This document shows positions 1 through 49,910 of a stretch of DNA of 64,000 nucleotides, piece by piece. The position numbers and the translations under genes are program-made. This stretch comes from Octopus vulgaris (Eukaryota): the NCBI GenBank assembly GCA_951406725.2, contig OX597828.1, forward strand, positions 40,920,001-40,984,000. The letters are read 5' to 3'. The notes under the pieces were generated by a model that saw only the letters and a list, made by a program, of their open reading frames with translations, was not told the DNA's origin and did no database searches. Positions within the stretch are counted from its first letter, which is position 1. Each line of letters begins with the position of its first letter.

Positions 1-218
1 ATGCATACATTTATCATATACATAAACACACACATATAATGTGTGTGTATACACACATACATGCATATACATATATTTACACATCTATATTACTTGTGTT
101 TACAGTCTATTTGATTAGTCTTGTGTCTTGTCCAAGTTGAAAGGATAAATAAAATAAAGTCTTGTAAGGGAGACAGGGGTGGGGTGGGGTTGTTTTTATT
201 TACTTTCACTTTTTGTAG

Positions 219-279
219 TCTTTCCAAGTGAAGGCAGCAATAGTTCCTGACTGTATGCCATGGAAAAATCAATTGAATT
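219..279 (+). CDS. Internal coding exon of an unidentified upstream gene (SFQVKAAIVPDCMPWKNQLN)
   Basis: Pyrimidine-rich acceptor (tttcactttttgtag|) at 218 and donor |gtaatt at 280; 61 nt ending in phase 1, which joins in frame to the exon at 2865 (T+AT = Tyr). Non-repetitive, protein-like sequence among microsatellites. Confidence 0.55.
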
Positions 280-655
280 GTAATTATATGTCTACACACG
301 TACACACACGCACACATACACACACGCACATACACACACACCTCACACATAGATATATGCACGTATGTAATAGACATACATATAATCATATATGTATGTG
401 TATGTGTCATATGAGTTTGTATGTATATGTGTGTGTGTTTGTTTGTATATGTGTGCGTATATGCAGTCATATAAAGGTACATTATGTACATGTCTGTGTA
501 TGCATGTATGAATGTATACATGCATACACACTCATATTTATAGCTAGATAGACAGATTGATGCATAGATATATGGACACAGACTTGCAGGGAGAGAAAGA
601 GTCAAGAGATGGATAGATAGGAGAGAGAGAGAAGAGATAGATAGGACAGACAGAC

Positions 656-703
<48 letters not shown>

Positions 704-712
704 GGATAGATA

Positions 713-1963
713 CAGTGGGGGGAAATAAATATTTGTATTCCATTTTCTACCATATCTTCATTTATTCAAAGATATAAAACAATCGGGAATTGTTGAAAAC
801 AGAATAAGATCCAGTGCACCATGCAAGATTTCCCCTAGATCTTTAAGAAAAATGAAGCGAAGAATCGAAAAAACGCAATGATCACCAGAAAGGAGTTGCA
901 GGAAGATTTGTTAGCTTCAGGGACTAGTGTTACACTACGAACAATCAGCAATGAACTTCATAGGAATGAACTGAAATCACGCTCTCCTAGAAACACTCCG
1001 CTGTTAACTAAAAGGCATAGAGATGCCCGTTTAAAATTTGTTTATGAACATAAAGATAAATCTGATACATTCTGGGAAAATGTTCTATGGACAGATGAGT
1101 CAAAAATTGAATTGTTTGGATGAACTTTTGAACAATAATTTATGGGACTATGTAGAAAAGCTCCAGCTTTGTGGAGGGTGGGTTTTACAACAGGATAACG
1201 ATCCTAAGCACACGGTGAAGTCTACCAAAAAATGGATTGTCAATCACAATATAAAATTATTAGAATGGCCAAGCCAGTCACCTGACTTGAACCCCATTGA
1301 GAATTTGTGGCATTATTTGAAAATTAAAATTCATTCATGAGCCCCAACGTGCATTACAGATTTGAAGAAAATTTGTCAAGAAGAATAGGAAAAAATTCCT
1401 AAAGAAACATGCAGGTCATTGATTAAGAACTACAAGAAGAGATTGGTTGACGTGGAACTGAATAATGGTTATGCTACGAAGTATTAAATCAGAATAATCA
1501 GTTATTTATGTTCTGTACGAATACTTTTTTCACCCCTAAATATTTATAATTGAATATATATTTCTTTACTACCCACAAGGGGCTAAACACAGAGGGGACA
1601 AACAAGGACAGACAAACGGATTAAGTCGATTACATCGATCCCAGTGCATAACTGGTACTTAATTTATCGACCCCGAAAGGATGGAAGGCAAAGTCGACCT
1701 CGACGGAATTTGAACTCAGAACGTAACGGCAGACGAAATACGGCTACGCATTTCGCCCGGCGTGCTAACGTTTCTGCCAGCTCGCCACCTTTCTTATAAT
1801 TGAATATAAATTCCTTAGTTACTATAATTTATTAGCTTCTTTTGCATATTCTTAGTTTATGCATCTGTATGCAAATATAGTATTGGTATATCCCATTCAT
1901 GTTCATTAGAAATTAAATAAATAAAGGATTTTGACGTGTACGAATATTTATTTTCCCCCACTG
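713..1963 (+). mobile_element. Tc1-family (DD34E) DNA transposon, internally deleted and inactive
   Basis: TIRs cagtggggggaaataaatatt / aatatttattttcccccactg with TA on both sides (711-712, 1964-1965), inside a (TAGA)n tract. Transposase fragments: HTH region to WENVLWTDESKIELFG (878-1120), then LQQDNDPKH...WPSQSPDLNPIENLW, ending at GYATKY* near 1487 with in-frame stops. Confidence 0.95.
1562..1790 (-). mobile_element. tRNA-derived SINE with Meta/MESC-like central domain, nested in the Tc1
   Basis: Head ggtggcgagctggcagaaacgttagc, B-box-like gagttcaaattcc, central gccttccatcctttcggggtcgataaattaagtacc; 15-bp TSD ttataattgaatata at 1544-1558 and 1794-1808. Confidence 0.85.
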
Positions 1964-2585
1964 TAGATAGAAGACGGACAGGGAGAGAAAGAGTCAAGAG
2001 TATGATAGATAGGAGAGAGAGAGAGTGAGAGAGAAAGGAGATAGATAAGACAGACAGATAGATAGATAGACAGAAGACTGACTGGGAGAGAAAGAGTCAA
2101 GAGAATGATAGATAGGAGAGAGGGAGAAAGAAGAAATAGGATAGCCAGATAGACACAGTGATAGATATATAGACATATAGATAAATAGATAGATAGATAG
2201 ATAGATAGACATATAGATAAATAGATAGATAGATAGATAGATAGATAGACATATAGATAAATAGATAGATAGATAGATAGATAGACATATAGATAAATAG
2301 ATAGATAGATAGATAGATACATACATACATACATACATACATACATACACACATACATGCATGCATGCATGCATGCATACATACATACATACATGCATGC
2401 ATGCATGCATACATGCAAACATACATGCATGTATGCGTGCATACATACATACATACACACATACATACATACATACATGCATGCATGCATGCATACATAC
2501 ATACATACATACATACATACATGCATGCATGCATGCATGCATACATGCATACATACATGCATGCATGCATGCATACATACATACG
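1964..2585. repeat. Compound microsatellite (TAGA)n/(TACA)n/(TGCA)n with local duplications
   Basis: Directly visible; the unit ggagagaaagagtcaagag recurs at about 590, 1982 and 2085. Confidence 0.9.
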
Positions 2586-2864
2586 GTGGCTGTTGACCTG
2601 CTATCAAGTATGTGCATATTTTGTGTTTCCTTCATCTATCCTTTTAAGACGTAACCCTTCCCTATTATGGGGTTTCACAATGACAAAAATCATGCACTAA
2701 TATGGCAAGATCAACAATCCACTTCTTATAAAACAACAACACTTCAACAGCAGAAACAACCACATGGAATATCAGAGGATTGTGATTACCCTGCATATAC
2801 TCTGCATTCCATTTGCACTCATGAATGAGGAAATGAGAGAAGTAGGCATATTTCTTTGTTGCAG

Positions 2865-3020
2865 ATGTGCCCGATATCTCTCAGTTGCAGCCTGATGACC
2901 TGGAGGTCTCATGGTCAGACTCTAGTGTTAAAGTCTGCATATATAAGCCCTCCACTACAAAAGAGTCAGTACAGAAGTTGACAATTCTTCATTTACAGCC
3001 TAATGATGTGTCTGAGATAG
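2865..3020 (+). CDS. Penultimate coding exon of the unidentified upstream gene (VPDISQLQPDDLEVSWSDSSVKVCIYKPSTTKESVQKLTILHLQPNDVSEI)
   Basis: Acceptor tttctttgttgcag| at 2864; 156 nt open in phase 1 to phase 1; donor AG|gcaaga (GC type) at 3021. Confidence 0.65.
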
Positions 3021-3194
3021 GCAAGAAAATTTGATAACAATCAATTTAGGAACTTTATTGTTCTAAACAGACTGCAAGGGTCTTATACATAAAAAAAAAT
3101 CATAATATATAAGATTAAACTGAAACATGGTCATATTTTCCATATGTATATATGAATGTGTGTGCATGGGTGTGTGTGTATGTGTGTATATATA

Positions 3195-3226
<32 letters not shown>

Positions 3227-3287
3227 ATGTATATATATGTATATGTGTGTATGTATGTATATATGTATATGTGTACATATATATACA

Positions 3288-3318
<31 letters not shown>

Positions 3319-3707
3319 CATCATCATTATCGTTTAATGTCCATTTTTCATGTTGGTATGGGTTGGACGGTTTGACTGAGGTCTGAAGAGCCAGCGGCTT
3401 ATAGAGAGAAAGAGAGAGGGAGAGAGAAAGAGAAAGATTGTGTTTGTAGATTATATATATATATGTAAAATAGATGAATATATACGTAAGTATGTATACA
3501 TACATATATATACACACACACACACTCTCTCACACAGACATATATAATTCTTTTTCGGAACTGTGTAAATAGAAGCAGATAAAGCTAGAAATAACAGTGT
3601 AAATGTTTGAGTTAAAAAAAAATCCTTTGGATAGAAAAGGTTGAAAGCTGCTTGTGTCCCATAAGATTTTCAAAATTTGAGAGAACAAGTTTCTAAATTC
3701 TTATGAT

Positions 3708-3769
<62 letters not shown>

Positions 3770-4405
3770 GTCTAGTTACTTAATGGTTTGGCAAAAAAAT
3801 GACTTGTTCAACCCCACTTGAAATATTTGAAGTATGGCACTTTCATTGCACAATTGTCTGTGGCTATAAATTTTGATGTGCATAGGCTGAGGCGTGGTTG
3901 TGTGGTAAGAAGTTTGCTTCTCACCACACGGTCCTGGGTTCAGTCACGCTACATGGCACCTTGGACAAGTGTCTTTTACTAGAGCCTTGGGTCAGTCAAA
4001 GCCTCGTGATAAGATTTGGTAAATAGAAGCAGAAAGAAACCTGTCGTGGGTGTGTGCATGCATGTGTGTGTGTGTGTGTGTGTGTATGTGTGTGTGTGTG
4101 CATACATGCATGTGTGTGTTACTGTCTCCTTGCCGCCTTGGCATTGCATGATAATTTTAAGGGACATCACTGTCATGGAAATGGTATCCTTTGTTTCCAA
4201 TCTTTCCTGAAAACATGTCTGGTCATGGGGAAACATTACCATACTTGAAACATGAGAAGATTGGTGACAGGAAGGACATTTGGCCGTAGAAAATCTGCCT
4301 CAACAAATTCCATCTGAGCCATGCGAGCATGGAAAAGTGGGCATTAAAGTAATGATGATGTACTTATGTGCTTTTTACATCTTGTTTCTCATTCTGCCTT
4401 TTTAG

Positions 4406-4446
4406 TGCAAGTGAACCCGCAAACATTTTGGGATCTCAGACAATAA
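4406..4446 (+). CDS. Terminal coding exon of the unidentified upstream gene (VQVNPQTFWDLRQ*)
   Basis: Acceptor ttctgcctttttag| at 4405; phase 1 matches the previous exon; TAA at 4444-4446; AATAAA at 4442 and 4618. Confidence 0.6.
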
Positions 4447-4639
4447 ATCTTGTGTATTATGGCAATGAAATACTACTCCTTTCAAAATTTCTTCCATCAG
4501 AAGGATACATTGAAGGTGTAGCATGGCCAAGGCTGCCCTTGTAGCTGAATCCTCTGCTGAAATGGCATAAGTTTATGGGAGGGAAAGTGTTGGTTTTGTG
4601 AGAGTGGTGTATGTTTTAATAAAAAGCTTTACATGTTGG

Positions 4640-4920
4640 TACCATATAAAAAGCACCCATGCCAGCATCATGTAAGAAACCACCATGCCAGTGTCATGTA
4701 ACAAGCATTTGTGCTGGTACCATGTAAAAAGCACCTATGCTGGTGCCACATAATAAGCATACATGCAGGCATCATGTAGGAAGTATCCATGCCATTGTCA
4801 TGTAAGAAGCATTCGTGCTGGCACCATGTAGAAAGCACCTATGCTGGTGCCACATAATAAGCATACATGCAGGCATCATGTAGGAAGTACCCATGCCATT
4901 GTCACATAAAGAATACCCAG
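4640..4920. repeat. 26-bp degenerate tandem array with a 104-bp higher-order duplication
   Basis: Monomers such as catgtaaaaagcacctatgctggtgc; gcacctatgctggtgccacataataagc recurs at 4731 and 4835. Confidence 0.8.
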
Positions 4921-5109
4921 TGCACTCTTTTGATAGGAAAAGCATCCAGCTGTAGAAGCCATTCCGAAACAGAAGACTAGAATCTGGTGCAGCCTTTTGG
5001 CTTATTAACTTCTGTTAAACTCTGCAATCCATGCCAGCATGGAAAGCAGATGTTAAATGACGACAATGATGATGATGAATGTACGCAGTACTCAGGTGGT
5101 TTGTATCTC

Positions 5110-5515
5110 ATTAGAAAGCAGACATATAAGTCAAGTAAAGAAAGACAACAAGGAAAGCAAGAATTACATGCATAGAACACAGAACAAAGCACAAAAATAG
5201 AGAAAAGTGAAGAGTAAGAGAGTTATAAGGAGAGAGGAAAGGGTACGGTAGACAAACCAGAACTAGTGTTGGTGAATTTTGAGAAGCATAGAAGTTTTGA
5301 AGGATAGGATAGGATTTAGTGTCTTGACAGCTCGGAGTTTGAAGGATGCTGTGTCGAGAGGAGCATGAGAAAATGTTTCCAAAAGTCATGAGCGCTGTGC
5401 ATTTAAAAAAATTTTTTTTATTTTGGATCATGATAGGAAAGCACTGCATCTTAAGAAGAAATATGGATGTTGCATAAAAGGTGGTCATACTTGATTGGAA
5501 GTTAGCAGCCACCCT
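5110..5515 (-). mobile_element. Degraded CR1-type LINE fragment
   Basis: gaaggatgctgtg and aatgtttccaaaagtcatgagcgctgtgc match the CR1 copy at 63745-63852. Confidence 0.55.
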
Positions 5516-6045
5516 GTATATATATTGTGTGTATATGTGCGTGTGTGTGTGAGAGAGAGAGAGAGTGTGTGTGCTTATTTTAATCTATGTATCCGTATAT
5601 AAAAATACAAGCATATAACAAACATATGTGCACACGCACAGTCACACACATATACACACACACTTTCTCTCCCTCTCACCTACACACATATACTCACTCA
5701 TTTTTCAATGCTTACCACAGATAACAAAGAAGAAGAGAAACAAAATTCAACAATCAATATGTTATCTTCTATTATTCAATATTGTACATGTGTATGTAGG
5801 TACGTAAGTGTGTGCATATGCATAAGTATATATGTTACTGTAGTTGTTGTTGGTGGTGGTGGTAGTAGTGGTGGTGGTGGTGATTTTGTTTCTGCTAGGG
5901 GTCTTTTATTTTTGCTTCTTCATAGATTTTGATCCGATTCCATTGTTTTATGTCTTAAACCACCTTAGGGGTGTTGCAAACGGAAATGAGAATCAGAATC
6001 TGTTCTCTATTTAAATATCTATACACTGGTAGACACACAGACACA

Positions 6046-6089
<44 letters not shown>

Positions 6090-6301
6090 ACACACATGCA
6101 TGCATATGTAATTGTGATATACTCTTTATACATTTTGCTTGTACAGATTCATGGATGAAGACTTTCTCACTTTCTGTCTGTGTGCATTATGTCATGTGGT
6201 TCAGAAGTATGCTTAGCAACCGTGAGGCTGCAAGTTCAGTCCCACTGCATGGCTCCTATGTCTTCCACTGCAACCACAGGCCAACCAATTCATTGCAAGA
6301 A

Positions 6302-6945
6302 CCAAATTTGGCGGGCAGGACAGATGAAAATTTATATAAAAAACAGAATTAAATGCATACCTCGGTTTCGGCCTTTAACAAAAGAATTACTTACATAATT
6401 CAAATGTCCGTGCTTCATCAGTGCATTCGTTCATTGTAAATGTAAACTGAAAAACTAACCCCAGCTTTCTGTACCATGACAGACACGTGCTTAGTTTCAC
6501 CGATTACATTAGGGATAAAATGTCTTGGCTCTGGCGTGCTAAGAAATTCCTGAAGCGAAGGGCTGCGGTAAATAATTCACTGCGGTTAGTGCTTACTACT
6601 AGAGAACGTATTTATTTCAATATTTAAATAATGAGGGAGATAAATTAATATTAATTTTAACATAACTGAGGTATGCATTTAATTCTGTTTTTTATATAAA
6701 TTTTCATCTGTCCTGCCCGCCAAATTTGGCTCTGGTGTTCGCTGAATTTTTCCTCTAGAGAATTTCCTTGTAGTTTGATCGTTGATGATCTGTTTCTAGC
6801 ATACGGCCGACTTCCTAGCAGTCAAGCCCTGCCAATATACACATATATTAGAATTTTCTCTGACTTCTCAGATTTTTTGTATGCTAGACTACTGGTTTTA
6901 AATTGATATTAAAATTAATATTAATTTATCTCCCTCATTATTTAA

Positions 6946-6949
<4 letters not shown>
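6302..6949. mobile_element. Penelope-like / retrozyme-like element with inverted halves
   Basis: Perfect inverted repeats of 62 bp (6302-6363 / 6668-6729) and 41 bp (6620-6660 / 6909-6949). The minus strand encodes STNRSELFTAALRFRNFL, similar to the PLE C-terminus at 52.5 kb (SRMEIFEPCLHFRRFL). Contains an HHR and ends in (TA)n. Confidence 0.7.
6352..6427 (-). ncRNA. Type I hammerhead ribozyme motif
   Basis: AAUGCA-CUGAUGA-[45-nt stem/loop II]-GAAA-CCGAGG-UA^UGCAUU: perfect 6-bp stem I, canonical core, minimal stem III, GUA cleavage triplet. The base of stem II is imperfect. Confidence 0.75.
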
Positions 6950-6978
<29 letters not shown>

Positions 6979-7062
6979 TATATATATATAATATATATAT
7001 ACATACATATATACATATATACATATATATATATAATATATATATATACATACATACATACA

Positions 7063-7096
<34 letters not shown>

Positions 7097-7162
7097 CATA
7101 TATACAATATAGATATATAGATATATAGATATAGATATAGATACAAGATAGATATAGATATG

Positions 7163-7587
7163 GAACAAAAACAGGACAGTGGAGACATACAAAGAAACCA
7201 AATGAAAACAAGCATAGAAGATCGTTGGACCAGAACAAGAGGAAAATAGTGAATGCTGGGAGAAATATTTTCTTTGAAAGGAGAAAAGATACAAGAAAGA
7301 GAAAAAAACAATCTGTCTCTATTTCTCTCTCTCTCTCCCTCATTCTCTTTTTCTCTCTCTCACTCACACATGGCCATTGTCCATATTTTCCTCACATGAC
7401 CATCTTTCTTTTCCTGCAAGGACATTCAAAGGACTGGACATTTTTTTCTCTGTCTTCTATCTTATCTCTTTGCAAAGAAAATATTTCTCCTAGTATTCAC
7501 TATTTTCCTCTCGTTCTGGTCTAACGACCCTCCATGTTTGTTTTTGTTTGGTTACCTTGTATGTCCCCAATGTCCTGTTTTTTGTTC
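7163..7587. repeat. Diverged inverted repeat of about 145 bp (probable PLE pseudo-LTR pair)
   Basis: 7163-7308 is an imperfect reverse complement of 7443-7587, e.g. gaggaaaatagtgaat / attcactattttcctc. Confidence 0.75.
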
Positions 7588-8692
7588 CCAACTTTGACCC
7601 TCCATAAATCCTAAATTTTATTTTAGAGTTTATGGGTGCAACTGTCTTTGAAGACTCATATTGTCGTTGAATGCTCGAAATGAGGAATAGATAGATAGCC
7701 GACGACTGATGAAGTGTCCTTTCTCTGTGTTTACTTGTCCTGTTTTCCATTTTTTCTCTTGTTTGCATATTGAACTCATTTGTTTACATATTTCATGCTG
7801 TCTACACAGTTGGTGACGTCCTGTACCCATATATACATACACACACACATATATATATATATTATATAAATATTATTATTTAATTGAACACCATGCATCC
7901 ATTTCCAAGTATATATATATATATATATATACACACACATATACAGGGTGTGTCTGTATGGTAAGAAGCTTGCTTTCCAACTACATGGTTCCAGGTTCAG
8001 TCCCATTGCATGGCAAATTGGGCAAGTGCTCAGGTCAATCAAAGCCTTGTGAGTGGATTTGGTTGACAGAAACTGAAAGAAGCCATTCATATATATATAT
8101 ATATATGTATGTATGTATATATGTATACTTATATAGATCTATATGTGTGGTAAGAAGCTTGCTTCCCGACCACATGGTACCATGTTCTGTCCCTCTATAT
8201 GGCACCTTGAGCAAGTGTCTTCCACTATAGCCTCGGGCCGACCAAAGCCTTGTGAGTGGATTTGGTAGATAGAAACTGGAAAAAGCCCATCGTATATATA
8301 TAACTACATGTATACATATAACTACATGTCACTACATGTGGATTGTTGGCGATTTTTTCCCTCCGTCTTCCTTTTCTTTTGGACTTTACTCTGTCTCCTG
8401 TTTCTGAAGAAGATCCTTTCTTGAAACATAAAGCACCCTTTCTTTCCTTCCTTGAACGTCTTATTAATACCTTGCATGTTCCATGTCCACGCATTGTCAC
8501 CTCTTACATGTCAGTGTCATTTGGTTACAAGTATCGCATGAAGTCAAGGCAAAGAGACAATAACACACACATGCACACACGCTTCTTTCAGTTTCCATCT
8601 ATCAAGTCCACTCACATTTGTCCAAGATGTCACACCTGTGTCTCACAGTCATGTCTGCACACACACACACACATACACACACACACATACAC

Positions 8693-8723
<31 letters not shown>

Positions 8724-8734
8724 TGCAAATATAT

Positions 8735-8765
<31 letters not shown>

Positions 8766-9296
8766 GACAGGCGGCCAGAAACGTTAGCATGTCAGGCAAA
8801 ATGCTTAGTGATATTTCATGTCTTTATGTTCTGAGTTCAAATTCTGCCGAGGTCGACTTTGCCTTTCATCCTTTCGGGGTCAATAAATTAAGTACCAGTT
8901 GCATACTGGGATCGATCAAATCGACTGCCCCCCCTCCCCCCAAAATTTCGGGCTTTGTGCCTAGAGTAGAAAAGAATATATATATATATATATATATATA
9001 TAGATATGCTCACACATATGCATACATGCATGTGTCTAGGGGGGGGGGTGTATACATATATATATATATATAGGACAGTATTTGGTAGCATCATTTGAAC
9101 ACTAGACAAAATTCCTTGCTGTATTTAGTTACAGCTTTTTAAATTCCAAGTTCAAAATGTACTGAAGCCAACTCAAATACTGGGTATTATTGTAATAGAC
9201 TGTACATATCTTCTAAATGCAACCCTTATACCTATATAAGAAATCAATTTTACTCTGTGTTAATACGTTTTCATTTCTTTTAATAGTCCTTGCAGA

Positions 9297-46916
<37,620 letters not shown>

Positions 46917-47020
46917 ACTTTTATCAATGTATTGAAAATCTACTGAAATCTCTATCTTTCTATTGACTTTCTCTCACTTTCTTTCTCTCTTCCCATCTCT
47001 CTATCATCTCTTTTGCTCTT

Positions 47021-47054
<34 letters not shown>

Positions 47055-47273
47055 GTATATATATATATATTTATATATATATATCCCTCTCTGTCTAATC
47101 ATGAAATAATATCACTATCTCTGCACTTTTCTGATAAGTATCTATCTGTCTCTTAAATAGTCTTTCTCTCTTTCTGCATAATATTTTCACAGGTAACACT
47201 CTACATACCAGCCTGTGTCTATATATCTCCATGTTTATACACCTACACACATACATATATATGTGTATGTGTG

Positions 47274-47343
<70 letters not shown>

Positions 47344-47359
47344 CGTATGTGTGTGTGTG

Positions 47360-47395
<36 letters not shown>

Positions 47396-47432
47396 GCGTG
47401 TGTATATATATATATATATATATATAGGCATA

Positions 47433-47669
47433 CAGGATGTTCAAGAAGTCTCTCTTGCAGTAAGTATTTAATGGTTTCCGGGCGATTCTTGTACACTGGT
47501 CCTTTACTTGCTCCCTAGAAAAAAAAAGTCTGGTGGTGTTAAATCAGGTGATTTTGGTGGCCAAGGTCCCTTCGATATAATTCGTTCACCAAAAAAACTC
47601 TTGAAGTAGTGCCATGGTGATGCGCAGGATGAAAAATATTCACTGCAGAGAGACTTTTTGAACACCCTG
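47433..47669 (-). mobile_element. Tc1/mariner-superfamily deletion derivative (MITE)
   Basis: TIRs caggatgttcaagaagtctctc / gagagactttttgaacaccctg; the minus strand encodes WPPKSPDLTPPDFF. Confidence 0.8.
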
Positions 47670-49278
47670 TGTGTGTGTGTGTATGTATATAATCATCTTG
47701 TCACACTTTCTCTATTTGTCTATCTGTAGATATCTAACCATCAACTTTATAATAGTCTACCTATTTATCTGTCTATATATCTCTCACTATCTCCGTATTT
47801 ATCTATCTATCTATTTATTATTCTTAAAGAAGAATACTTCTAAGTTTCAGCCGGTTAAGCCATTGTCTGACAATGACTTAACTGGCTGAAATATTCTTGT
47901 TTAAGAATGATAAACTTCTACTCTACAAAAGTGTAGAGTAGCCCATCAGATTAATGTAAAATTGTTTTTATTATGACTGAACATAGAAACAAACATTAAC
48001 CCAATATCTATTTATCCATCTATCTAAAGTGAGCTAAAGAAAATAATATAAAAGGGTCAATAACATAAATTTGGATAATTAAGTTATTAATTAGTGAATG
48101 ATGTACTGACCGCTATATGCAAAATAATCTTGATTGAAAATTCCTTTTTATTGGAGAAAGAAAATAAAACAAAAAAGTGAAGAATGAAAAAAAAAGGTAA
48201 TTGCAGTTGTTAACTACTCTCAAAGAAGTTGTAGAGCATAAGAGACTTTTTACTTGAAAATCAGATAAGGGTTAGTGACAGGAAGAGCATCCATCGGAAA
48301 AACAATGCCTCAACAATATATTCATCTAACCCATGCTAGTATAGAAGAATGGACGTAAAAGCAAACAAACAAGCTAAAAAAAAATGACCAAATGAACAAA
48401 AGATATGACAAATGTTTTGAGGGAAAAATTATTTGCGCAATTAAAAATTACATGAGGCAAGGGAAATAACTCAAATGGACCAATGGTATGAATTCAGACG
48501 ATTAAGTTAAGAAGTGATGTACTGAATTGCCATATATATTACTCTTTACTCTTTTTTACTCTTTTACTTGTTCCAGTCAGTTGACTGCGGCCATGCTGGA
48601 GCACCACCTTTAGTCGAGCAACTCAACCCTGGGACATTCTTTGTAAGCCCAGTACTTATTCTATCAGTCTCTTTTGCCGAACCGCTAAGTATATATATAT
48701 ATATATATATTAAAAAAAGCCTCTTAATCAGCTGAAATTTCCCTTTTAGTTGGAGAAAGGAAGCAAAAACTTAGTGGGAATTATTAGCAACAATCAAAGA
48801 GAAGCGGAGATAACTTGGGGAATGGGCAGTGATCTCTACTTGGAAGTACAGGACAACTATCAACATGTTTCAGTCTATTTAAACCTCATCAGCATAGTAG
48901 TGTTTAACCAAGCCTGCAGATCAGTAAATGCATTTTTCACATATAGAAAATGAGTTATGACTGTTTCTTAGCCTGATTAATTTGCATTATTAAAAATAAA
49001 ACGAGCCAAGGGAAACAATTCAAAGGAAACAATGGCGTGCATTTAAATAATTATGTTAAAGGATTCTGTACTGGATTCCATATGAAAAAAAATTTTCAAT
49101 TGATGGAGATATTTTTTTGTATGACTTTGTTCCTTTAACTTATATATCCATCTATATGCTTCTTTGTTTCTCTCTCTCTCTCTCCCTCTTACTCTCTCTC
49201 TCTCTCTCTCACTCTGTATATCTATTTTTCTCACACTGTATTAGTCTGCCCACATCTTTTTTCTCTATATCTCACTAT

Positions 49279-49358
<80 letters not shown>

Positions 49359-49446
49359 GTATGTATATGACTCTATATATATCTATCTATCTGCCTGTTT
49401 GCATCTCTCTTTACCTCTTTCTCATTATCTCTGTATATACGTTTGA

Positions 49447-49506
<60 letters not shown>

Positions 49507-49530
49507 CACTATATCTATATGTGTATATGA

Positions 49531-49605
<75 letters not shown>

Positions 49606-49847
49606 GCTAGCTAGCTATCTGTTTGTCTTTCCATCCATCTATTTGTCTGTTCAACCATGAGGGAATTTCTATGTTATTGCTCAACCTGTTAGAAATCACA
49701 GTCAAATCTCCTTCAGATCACATGCTATTGTCTTTAAAAAGAGGACACATTTGATAATGTAACCCTAGGGATAGAAATCCCAGGGAGAAAAAAAAAACAA
49801 TAAAAATAGATGAAATGACCATAGCTGACCTGTGTCTAAAGAACAAC

Positions 49848-49910
<63 letters not shown>

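Noticed and set aside
106-165. Extra exon of the upstream gene (tttacag|...|gtaagg)
   Set aside because: Stop codons in all three frames.
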